Source: Acidimicrobiia bacterium
GTDB lineage: Bacteria > Actinomycetota > Acidimicrobiia > Spongiisociales > ZC4RG35
Length of the DNA stretch: 64,000 nucleotides
Assembly (NCBI GenBank): GCA_035512955.1
Contig: DATKCZ010000005.1
Span: 64,879-128,878, forward strand
Reading direction: 5' to 3'
Positions within the stretch are counted from its first letter, which is position 1; each line of letters starts with the position of its first letter. The notes below the pieces were generated by a model, which made no database searches, was not told where the DNA came from, and saw nothing but the letters and a program-made list of their open reading frames with translations. Shown in pieces: positions 13,182-20,165 of this stretch. Both the position numbers and the translations under genes were made by a program.

Positions 13182-14170
13182 GGGTTTAGTCTCCCTTCCT
13201 CTCCGAGGATGTCCTCGAAGTAGCTCGTGTACTTGACGCCGGAGTCGGCGGAGATGGCCACGACCACGTCGCCGGGCTCGAGCGATAGGGTGCTGACGGC
13301 GTGGACCACGGCACCGGTGGACGGGCCTACCATCAGCGCCTCCTCCCGCCAGATCTCCTTGGTCACCCGGTAGGCGTCGTCGTCGGAGACCACGACCTGG
13401 TGGTCGACCGCCTTCGGGTCGAAGATCGCCGGGATGCTGGCCTCGGCGAAGCTCTTCATCCCGGGGAGGCGATGGCCCGGCTCGGGCTCGACCCCGACTA
13501 TCCGAATCGACGGGTCCTTCTCCTTGAGGTAGCGGCCGGCGCCGACCAATGTGCCGGTCGTGCCCAGAGCGGCGACGAGCCAGCGGACCCGTCCTCCGGT
13601 TTGTCGCCAGACCTCAGGTCCGGTGGTGGCGTAGTGAGCGGTCACGTTGTCCTCGTTCTCGTACTGGCGGGTGGCGGCAAATCTCGTGCCTCCCTCGGAG
13701 GCGGCCAGGGCTCTCGCCAGCGCGATCGCCCCGTCTTTGGGGTTGTCCACCGGGCACAGGTCGTCCGGCGTCTCCCACACCTCGGCGCCCAACATGCGCA
13801 GGATCACTTTCTTCTCCTCGGGCACACCGTCGGGGATCGTGGTGGTCAGGCGGGTGCGGGACAGGGCGGCCAGCGCGGCGAGCGCGATGGCGGTGTTGCC
13901 GCTCGACGCCTCGACCAGCTCGCGTCCTTTCAGCTCTCCGCGGCGGGCGAGGCCATCGATGAGGTAGGCGGCGGTCCGGTCCTTCACCGACCCGAAGGGA
14001 TTGAGCCACTCCAGCTTGAGGAACAGCTCGTAGTCGCGGTCGGGCAAGACGCGGTTGGCCCTCACCAGGGGCGAGGGGTTCTCGACGTCGGGGAGCATGT
14101 CGCCGACGTGGGCGAACCTCCGCAGCGAGAGGTCGGTTCCGAGTCTCTCCTGGGTCGTGGGTGTTGTCAT
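13178..14170 (-). CDS. PLP-dependent cysteine synthase family protein (CysK/CysM-like)
   Basis: 330 aa. PLP lysine motif NPFGSVKDRTA, an SSGNTAIALA block, and a GTTGT loop. Confidence 0.85.
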   Translation of the reverse strand: MTTPTTQERLGTDLSLRRFAHVGDMLPDVENPSPLVRANRVLPDRDYELFLKLEWLNPFGSVKDRTAAYLIDGLARRGELKGRELVEASSGNTAIALAALAALSRTRLTTTIPDGVPEEKKVILRMLGAEVWETPDDLCPVDNPKDGAIALARALAASEGGTRFAATRQYENEDNVTAHYATTGPEVWRQTGGRVRWLVAALGTTGTLVGAGRYLKEKDPSIRIVGVEPEPGHRLPGMKSFAEASIPAIFDPKAVDHQVVVSDDDAYRVTKEIWREEALMVGPSTGAVVHAVSTLSLEPGDVVVAISADSGVKYTSYFEDILGEEGRLNP

Positions 14171-14190
14171 GGGCTCTCCAGAAATGCAAG

Positions 14191-14223
14191 AAGCCCGCCT
14201 CGGCGTATCGCCGGTGCGGGCTT
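14191..14223 (-). terminator. Attenuator-type terminator hairpin in the cysteine synthase leader
   Basis: On the minus strand: AAGCCCGC-ac-CGGCG-aua-CGCCG-ag-GCGGGCUU, followed by CUUGCAUUUCU and then the RBS GGAGAG and ATG. The 5' arm can alternatively pair with GCGGGCU at the 3' end of the leader ORF. Confidence 0.5.
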
Positions 14224-14253
14224 TCGATGTCGGTCTACTGGTGGGTCAGACGA

Positions 14254-14325
14254 TCACAGCCCGCGCGGCGCGGCGGCGCATGCACAGGTGCAGGCGCAGA
14301 CCAGGCGGGTGCCGTGATTCGTCAT
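14254..14325 (-). CDS. Candidate 23-aa polycysteine leader peptide
   Basis: On the minus strand, ATG at 14325 encodes MTNHGTRLVCACTCACAAAPRGL followed by a stop. Four Cys codons fall within 7 codons. It lies 83 nt upstream of the cysteine synthase start. Confidence 0.55.
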   Translation of the reverse strand: MTNHGTRLVCACTCACAAAPRGL

Positions 14326-14333
14326 CGGTCGCG

Positions 14334-14361
14334 ATGGTAGGGGGTTCGCGCGTTTGGTCAA
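14334..14361 (-). promoter_or_regulatory. Candidate promoter TTGACC-16-TACCAT for the Cys leader / cysteine synthase operon
   Basis: On the minus strand: TTGACC (14361..14356), a 16-nt spacer, TACCAT (14339..14334), then 8 nt to the leader ATG. The transcript would be leaderless or nearly so. Confidence 0.4.
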
Positions 14362-15935
14362 GAGGAGTCTGAGGGACGTCGTGGTGATGAGATGGCCAGC
14401 CAGATGAGCAGGCCGAGGAAGACGACCACTGTGCCGCCGGCGATCCAGCGGGCGTCTAGCGAGCTTCCCGGCTCCGCACCAGGTGCAGGCCCGGTACCCT
14501 CTGCCACCAGGGGTGGGACCGTGGGCTCGGTGGCGGGAACGGTGGTGCTGGTCGGTGTCTCAATGGCCGCAGCGTCTTCGAGGACAAGCAGCGGCCCGGC
14601 GTTGGCCGTCGGCAGTGTGACCAGGGTCTCTACCGAGCCCGAGGTGAGATCGGCCCTCAAGATCGAGCCTGCTTCGACACCGAAGATGAGTTGACCGGCG
14701 GCGACGTTGTGTATGGAGTTCCACGGACCTAGCTCGACTACTTCACCGCTGAAGGTGTCCACTACCAGGCCAATCGGAATCTCGGAAACCTCCCAGTCGT
14801 AGCCGGTGACCAGCACCCGCTCGTCGTCGAGCCAGGTCGGGGAGTAGGCCTCCAGAGCGAGCTCGACGCTGAATGATCGCACCCCGGCCTCGTCCACGAT
14901 CGACAGGGTGGAGGCCGAGGCCGTCGACTCTTGGTCGAATCGCGTCTCTATCAGGGCAGCGCGTCGCTCCTTGGGATGGGCTGCCGCGGACAACGACCAC
15001 AACTCCCCGGGTGGGATGGCGGTGATTGGTGTTCCTTCCCCTGAGGCGACGTCGATCCAGGTGATGTCACCCTCCGGTCCCGATTGGGAGAGGACGAAGT
15101 CGGTGCCGACCCATCCTCCGGTACCGGGCAGGGTGAGGATCGGCTCGGTTGCTCCTACCTCGACGAGTTGGGATCCGGTATCGGAGGCCAAGAGGAGCCA
15201 GATCGAGGACGCATCCTCGGTTCGACAAGAGACGTCGGAGCCCCATTGGCTCTCGACCCCGAGGTCGTGGTTGGCGACCGGCTCGAAGGTGGCCATATCC
15301 CAGACAACCAACTCGGAGCTGGTCACCTGCACCGCGAGGTCTCCGCCGAGACACGCTTCGAGGAGCTGGGTGCCCTCGAACTCGTCGGCGTCATCCCTTG
15401 GGAAGAAATCGGCGACGTGGCCACCTTCGGCGTCGAGCACAGTCAGACGTGTGGAGTTCCAGCCGTTTCCGGCCACGATTCGGGGTATGCCGGTCTTGCT
15501 CACCACTAGGCCCGTCTTCAGGGTCAGCGCCACATCGGCATCGATCTGCGAGCACAGCCCGCCGCGAAGGACTCCGCCTTCGAGGTATATGGCGGCGCCG
15601 GTTCGTTGGTCGACATCGAAGAACTCGAATCCACATCCGGCGCCATCGCTCGCCGAGTGGATCTCGATCACGTCCCCGGCATCACCCTTGATCCACTCCT
15701 CGACCTCGAACACATAGACACTCTCCATATCGAAAGGGCCGTCCCCGCCGTCACGCTTGTCGATGAGGGTGCCGACGAACACAGCCTCCGACTGGTCGAC
15801 CCACTCGTGGAGGTCGGAGGGCGTGGCACAAGAGCAACCCCGGGCGGTGAGGGGGAGGATCGGGGTGAGGGCGGCGGCGAGCAGGGCTGAGGCGACCAGG
15901 AGCCGGCCGAGATTGGCGGTCTTGTCCATCATCAT
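14358..15935 (-). CDS. Secreted, C-terminally membrane-anchored protein with N-terminal TIMP/NTR-like domain and beta-propeller-like middle region
   Basis: The start was chosen at MMMDKTANLGRLLVASALLAAALTPILPLTARG (signal peptide); the ORF is open back to 16022. The predicted mature N-terminus is CSC.... There is a P/T-rich linker and a C-terminal TM helix WIAGGTVVVFLGLLIWLAI. Confidence 0.6.
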   Translation of the reverse strand: MMMDKTANLGRLLVASALLAAALTPILPLTARGCSCATPSDLHEWVDQSEAVFVGTLIDKRDGGDGPFDMESVYVFEVEEWIKGDAGDVIEIHSASDGAGCGFEFFDVDQRTGAAIYLEGGVLRGGLCSQIDADVALTLKTGLVVSKTGIPRIVAGNGWNSTRLTVLDAEGGHVADFFPRDDADEFEGTQLLEACLGGDLAVQVTSSELVVWDMATFEPVANHDLGVESQWGSDVSCRTEDASSIWLLLASDTGSQLVEVGATEPILTLPGTGGWVGTDFVLSQSGPEGDITWIDVASGEGTPITAIPPGELWSLSAAAHPKERRAALIETRFDQESTASASTLSIVDEAGVRSFSVELALEAYSPTWLDDERVLVTGYDWEVSEIPIGLVVDTFSGEVVELGPWNSIHNVAAGQLIFGVEAGSILRADLTSGSVETLVTLPTANAGPLLVLEDAAAIETPTSTTVPATEPTVPPLVAEGTGPAPGAEPGSSLDARWIAGGTVVVFLGLLIWLAISSPRRPSDSS

Positions 15936-15979
15936 GATTGGACGCCGATTCTCGTCTCTCGGTTCCGGCGATCCATCCA

Positions 15980-16009
15980 TCGACAAACGAACGTTCGTTT
16001 GTTTAGAAT
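15980..16009 (+). promoter_or_regulatory. paaA promoter with embedded 20-bp perfect palindromic operator (probable TetR/PaaR site)
   Basis: TCGACA (15980..15985), an 18-nt spacer, and TAGAAT (16004..16009). The palindrome ACAAACGAACGTTCGTTTGT (15983..16002) fills the spacer. The paaA ATG at 16016 is 7 nt after the -10 element, so the transcript is probably leaderless. Confidence 0.6.
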
Positions 16010-16015
16010 GGAGGC

Positions 16016-16942
16016 ATGACACCCGAGGAGAAGTTTCAGGCGATCGTCGACGACGAGTCGAAGATCGAGCCCACCGACTGGATGCCGGAGGGCTATCGCA
16101 AGACCCTGGTCCGCCAGATCGCCCAACACGCTCACTCTGAGATCATCGGGATGCAGCCCGAGGGAAACTGGATCACCAGGGCCCCGACCTTGCGCCGCAA
16201 GGCGATCCTGATGGCCAAGGTGCAGGACGAGGCAGGTCATGGGCTCTACCTCTACTCGGCTGCAGAGACACTCGGCGTGAGGCGCGACGACCTCCAGGAG
16301 CTGCTCCACCAGGGCAAGCACAAGTACTCGTCGATCTTCAACTACCCCACCCTCTCCTGGGCGGACATGGGAACGATCGGCTGGCTGGTCGACGGGGCCG
16401 CCATCACCAACCAGGTGATGCTCACCCGTTGCTCCTACGGTCCCTACGCCCGCGCCATGGTCCGCATCTGCAAAGAGGAGTCCTTCCACCAGCGACAGGG
16501 ATACGAGTTGCTCATCAGGCTGTGCAACGGCACACCCGAGCAGAAGGCCATGGCCCAGGACGCCCTCGACCGGTGGTGGTGGCCCTCGCTGATGATGTTC
16601 GGCCCCAACGACTCGGACTCGACGCACTCGGAGCAGTCGATGGAGTGGAAGATCAAGCGAGTCTCCAACGACGACCTCCGCCAGCAGTTCGTGGACATGA
16701 CCGTCCCTCAGGCCGACTACCTCGGGTTGAGCATCCCGGACCCCGACCTGAGATGGAATCCACAACGTGGTCACTACGACTTCGGTGAGATCGATTGGGA
16801 GGAGTTCTGGAGGGTGGTCAAAGGCCATGGGCCGATGAGCCGGGACCGGATCGAGCACAAGACCAAGGCATGGGACGAGGGAGCGTGGGTACGTGAGGCC
16901 GCCTCGGCGCATGCCGCCAAGAAGACGAGGAGTGCGGCTTGA
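16016..16942 (+). CDS. paaA: 1,2-phenylacetyl-CoA epoxidase subunit A
   Basis: 308 aa. Di-iron ferritin-like motifs ([16 protein letters not shown]) and PaaA-like sequence throughout. Confidence 0.92.
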   Translation: MTPEEKFQAIVDDESKIEPTDWMPEGYRKTLVRQIAQHAHSEIIGMQPEGNWITRAPTLRRKAILMAKVQDEAGHGLYLYSAAETLGVRRDDLQELLHQGKHKYSSIFNYPTLSWADMGTIGWLVDGAAITNQVMLTRCSYGPYARAMVRICKEESFHQRQGYELLIRLCNGTPEQKAMAQDALDRWWWPSLMMFGPNDSDSTHSEQSMEWKIKRVSNDDLRQQFVDMTVPQADYLGLSIPDPDLRWNPQRGHYDFGEIDWEEFWRVVKGHGPMSRDRIEHKTKAWDEGAWVREAASAHAAKKTRSAA

Positions 16943-17283
16943 CCTACGATGTTCCCCTCGCTCCTGGTGAGAAGGCCGACCTCGAGGAGTCGGTCGACGG
17001 GTCCACCGGAGGGTGGCCGATGTGGGAGGTGTTCGTCAGGGCGAGACGGGGGATCTCCCACGTCCACATAGGGAGTCTGCACGCCCCCGATGCCCGCACC
17101 GCCCTCCAGAACGCACGTGACGTCTATACCCGCCGTGGTGAGGGGATCAGCGTGTGGGTGGTGCCCAGCACAGAGATCCACGCATTCGAGCCGGAGGCGG
17201 CCGCAGCGTACGTCGAGGCCAACGAGAAGGTCTATCGCCTGGCCACCACCTACGACATACCCGATGAAGTGGGGCAAATGTGA
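16939..17283 (+). CDS. paaB: 1,2-phenylacetyl-CoA epoxidase subunit B
   Basis: 114 aa. WPMWEVFVR...[11 protein letters not shown] is PaaB-like. There is a 4-bp overlap with paaA. Confidence 0.9.
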   Translation: MTYDVPLAPGEKADLEESVDGSTGGWPMWEVFVRARRGISHVHIGSLHAPDARTALQNARDVYTRRGEGISVWVVPSTEIHAFEPEAAAAYVEANEKVYRLATTYDIPDEVGQM

Positions 17284-18026
17284 GCGACCAGATCCTCTCC
17301 GGAGCGCCGCAGGGGACCCCCGTGGTCGACCTGGACCCACGACTCCGCACCCTGCTCTCACACGCCGACGACAACATGGTGCTCGCCCAGCGTCTCGGGG
17401 AGTGGATCTCCAGGGCGCCCGAGCTCGAGATCGACATCGCCCTGGGGAACGTCGCATTGGACCATCTGGGGGTGGCCCGCTCGCTGTACACCCACGCCGG
17501 TGAGCTCGAGGGCGCAGAACGTACCGAGAACGACTTCGCCATGCGACGCACCGAACGTGAGTTCCTCAACCTGCTCCTCGTCGAACAGCCCAACGGCGAC
17601 TTCGCCCAAACCATCGTCCGCCAGGTCTTCTTCGATGTCTACCAGGGCGTCCTCTGGGGTGATCTGGCTGGCTCCGACGACGAGACGCTGGCCGGCATCG
17701 CCGCCAGGGCGGGCAAGGAGACGGCATATCACCACGAGTTCTCCACCAGCTGGCTGATCCGTCTCGGCGACGGGACCGAGGAGTCGCATTTCCGCTCGCA
17801 GCGGGCGGTGGACGCCCTGTGGCGGTTCACCGCCGAGCTCGCCGCGCCATACCCCGACAGCTGGCGGGCCGCGATCGACGATCTGCTCGCCCGGGCCGGC
17901 CTGCTGGCACCCGAGGACCCTTATCAGCGGTCCGGCGGCCGGGAGGGGTATCACACTGAGCATCTCGGCTTCCTCCTCGCCGAGATGCAATGGATGGATC
18001 GGACCTACCCGGGGATGGAGTGGTGA
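17280..18026 (+). CDS. paaC: 1,2-phenylacetyl-CoA epoxidase subunit C
   Basis: 248 aa. LLSHADDNMVLAQRLGEWISRAPELEIDIALGNVALDHLG is PaaC-like. Confidence 0.9.
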   Translation: MSDQILSGAPQGTPVVDLDPRLRTLLSHADDNMVLAQRLGEWISRAPELEIDIALGNVALDHLGVARSLYTHAGELEGAERTENDFAMRRTEREFLNLLLVEQPNGDFAQTIVRQVFFDVYQGVLWGDLAGSDDETLAGIAARAGKETAYHHEFSTSWLIRLGDGTEESHFRSQRAVDALWRFTAELAAPYPDSWRAAIDDLLARAGLLAPEDPYQRSGGREGYHTEHLGFLLAEMQWMDRTYPGMEW

Positions 18027-18475
18027 GGCTCGCCACCGATCTGGCTTCGGTCGTCGCCTCGGTGGTCGACCCCGAGATCCCCGTTCTCACCATCGCGGAC
18101 CTCGGTGTCCTCCGCTCCGTGGCGACCGAAGACGGCCACGTGGTGGTGACCATCACCCCCACCTACTCGGGTTGCCCCGCCATGCGCCAGATCGAGGACG
18201 ACATCGGCTCTGCCCTGCTCAGAGAGGGTGTGGAGTCGTTCGAGGTGAGGGTGTCCCACAACCCGGTGTGGACCACCGATTGGATCAGCGAAGTCGGGAT
18301 TCGCAAGCTGTCCGAGTTCGGGATCGCCCCACCGACGGGGCCAGACGAGGTCCTTTGCCCCCGATGTGAGGCGGACCGGCCGCGGTTGGTTGCCTGGTTC
18401 GGCTCCACGGCCTGCAAGGCGCTGATGGTGTGCTCGTCGTGTGGCGAGCCGTTCGACTACTTCAAGCAGTTCTGA
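17990..18475 (+). CDS. paaD: Phenylacetate-CoA oxygenase subunit PaaD (SUF/MIP18-like)
   Basis: VVDPEIPVLTIADLGVLR, plus the C-terminal zinc-ribbon motifs CPRC...CSSCGEPF. An alternative GTG start at 18023 would overlap the paaC stop (GTGA). Confidence 0.85.
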   Translation: MDGSDLPGDGVVRLATDLASVVASVVDPEIPVLTIADLGVLRSVATEDGHVVVTITPTYSGCPAMRQIEDDIGSALLREGVESFEVRVSHNPVWTTDWISEVGIRKLSEFGIAPPTGPDEVLCPRCEADRPRLVAWFGSTACKALMVCSSCGEPFDYFKQF

Positions 18476-19548
18476 TGAGTGAGCTCGAGTTCCACGAGCT
18501 TCGGGTGACCGAGGTCAGCCGGCTGACCGAGGACTCGGTGGCCGTCACCTTCGACGTGGCTTCTCATCTGCAAACCACCTTCGCCTATCTGCCTGGCCAG
18601 CATGTCACCCTGCGCGCATTCGTCGACGGCGTCGATGTGAGACGCTCCTACTCGATCTGTGCTCCCGCCGGCTCGGGCAAGCTGAGGGTCGGGGTGAAGA
18701 AACTCCAGGGCGGGGTTTTCAGCACCTACGCCACCGAGGAGCTGAGAGCGGGTGACACCCTCGAGGTGATGTCCCCCGTGGGCGAGTTCACCATCGACAT
18801 CGACCCGGGCCGCCCCCGCAAGGCGGTGGCCATCGCCGCCGGTTCGGGGATAACGCCGGTGCTCTCGCTGATCGCCACCTCGCTCGAGAGCGAGCCGGCG
18901 TCGAGCTGGACACTCCTCTACGGGAACCGGACCGCCAACTCCGTGATGTTCCTCGACGAGTTGGAGGGGCTGAAGGATCGCTACCACCCCCGGTTCCAGC
19001 TCTTCCACATCCTCAGCCGGGAAGGCTCCGATGTGCCATTGCTCTCCGGTCGGATAGATGACGAGAAGATCAGGACGGTCCACGACCGGCTGCTGGGCGC
19101 CGGCTCCGTGGACGGTTGGTATCTCTGCGGCCCCTACGACATGGTGATGTCGGCGAGGGCGACCCTGGGAGATCTGGGTGTCCCCGGGGCGTCGATACGC
19201 GACGAGCTCTTCTTCGCCGGTCCGCTCGACGAGTCGGCCCTACCCCCCGAGCCACCACCGGGGGAGGGCAGTGTCGACCTCACCGTGATTCTCGACGGTC
19301 GGGCAGTCGATACTCGCATGAGCCCCGAGACCTCGGTCCTCGACGCCGCCCTGCGGGTCCGTTCGGAGCTGCCCTTCTCCTGCAAGGGCGGCATGTGTGC
19401 CACCTGCAAGGGCCGTATCGAAGAAGGCCAGGTGAGGATGGACAAGAACTATGCATTGGTCGACTCCGAGGTGGAGGCGGGGTTCGTCCTCACCTGCCAG
19501 GCCCACCCGGTGTCCGACAAAGTCGTCGTCCGCTACGACCACCGCTGA
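18475..19548 (+). CDS. paaE: Phenylacetate-CoA oxygenase reductase subunit (FNR-like + 2Fe-2S ferredoxin)
   Basis: The start at MSELEFHEL overlaps the paaD stop (TGATG). RSYS FAD motif, GSGITP NAD motif, and a C-terminal CxxxxCxxC cluster (CKGGMCATCKG). Confidence 0.9.
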   Translation: MSELEFHELRVTEVSRLTEDSVAVTFDVASHLQTTFAYLPGQHVTLRAFVDGVDVRRSYSICAPAGSGKLRVGVKKLQGGVFSTYATEELRAGDTLEVMSPVGEFTIDIDPGRPRKAVAIAAGSGITPVLSLIATSLESEPASSWTLLYGNRTANSVMFLDELEGLKDRYHPRFQLFHILSREGSDVPLLSGRIDDEKIRTVHDRLLGAGSVDGWYLCGPYDMVMSARATLGDLGVPGASIRDELFFAGPLDESALPPEPPPGEGSVDLTVILDGRAVDTRMSPETSVLDAALRVRSELPFSCKGGMCATCKGRIEEGQVRMDKNYALVDSEVEAGFVLTCQAHPVSDKVVVRYDHR

Positions 19549-20123
19549 TGGTGGCCACCCGCAACTCCCGCGACGACGTGGTCAGGGCTGCCGGCCGCCT
19601 CTTCGCCCAGCGGGGCTACCACGGCACTTCGATGCGTGTCCTGGGAAGGGAGCTGGGCCTGCTCGGATCGTCGCTCTACTCCCATGTCGCCTCGAAACAG
19701 GATCTCCTCGTCGAGGTGGTCCAAGAAGGGGCCAGTCTGTTCGAAGCCTCGGCCGGACGCGCCTTGGCTTCGCCCGGATCGGCCGCGGACCGGCTGGACG
19801 CGCTCATCGGCGGCCACATCGACGTCGTGGTCGACAACATCGATGTGGCCCGCACCTTCCTCAACGAAGCTCGAATGCTCGACCCCGAGCATCGGTCGCG
19901 GATCCTCGACGCCCGGGATCACTACGAGGAGGGGTTTCGCTCAGTCATCCGAGAGGGGATCCAAGACGGGTCCTTCGCCGCCGATACCGACCCGAAGACG
20001 GCTTCGATCTTCATCCTGTCGATGCTCAACGCCATCGAGAGGTGGTACTGGCCGGAGGGTGAGCTCGACCGGGATGCCCTGGTCGCCCGGCTGTCTCGGT
20101 TTGCCCGCGCCGCGCTCAATTAG
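19548..20123 (+). CDS. TetR family transcriptional regulator (likely PaaR-type repressor of the paa operon)
   Basis: The start overlaps the paaE stop (TGATG). HTH region DDVVRAAGRLFAQRGYHGTSMRVLGRELGLLGSSLYSHVASKQDLL. It is the last gene of the paa operon. Confidence 0.75.
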   Translation: MVATRNSRDDVVRAAGRLFAQRGYHGTSMRVLGRELGLLGSSLYSHVASKQDLLVEVVQEGASLFEASAGRALASPGSAADRLDALIGGHIDVVVDNIDVARTFLNEARMLDPEHRSRILDARDHYEEGFRSVIREGIQDGSFAADTDPKTASIFILSMLNAIERWYWPEGELDRDALVARLSRFARAALN

Positions 20124-20165
20124 AGCGTTGTCCCATACCGCGCTGCGGGTACTGTTCTGCTGAAC

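Noticed and set aside
14171-14357. Possible SAM or other riboswitch in the cysteine synthase leader
   Set aside because: I looked for SAM-I and SAM-IV core motifs (for example the GCAACC-type junction sequences) and did not see them. The Cys-rich leader ORF plus the terminator explains the region better.
19116-19547. N-terminal extension of the TetR ORF
   Set aside because: It lies out of frame inside paaE. TetR homology starts at the ATG at 19548, which overlaps the paaE stop.
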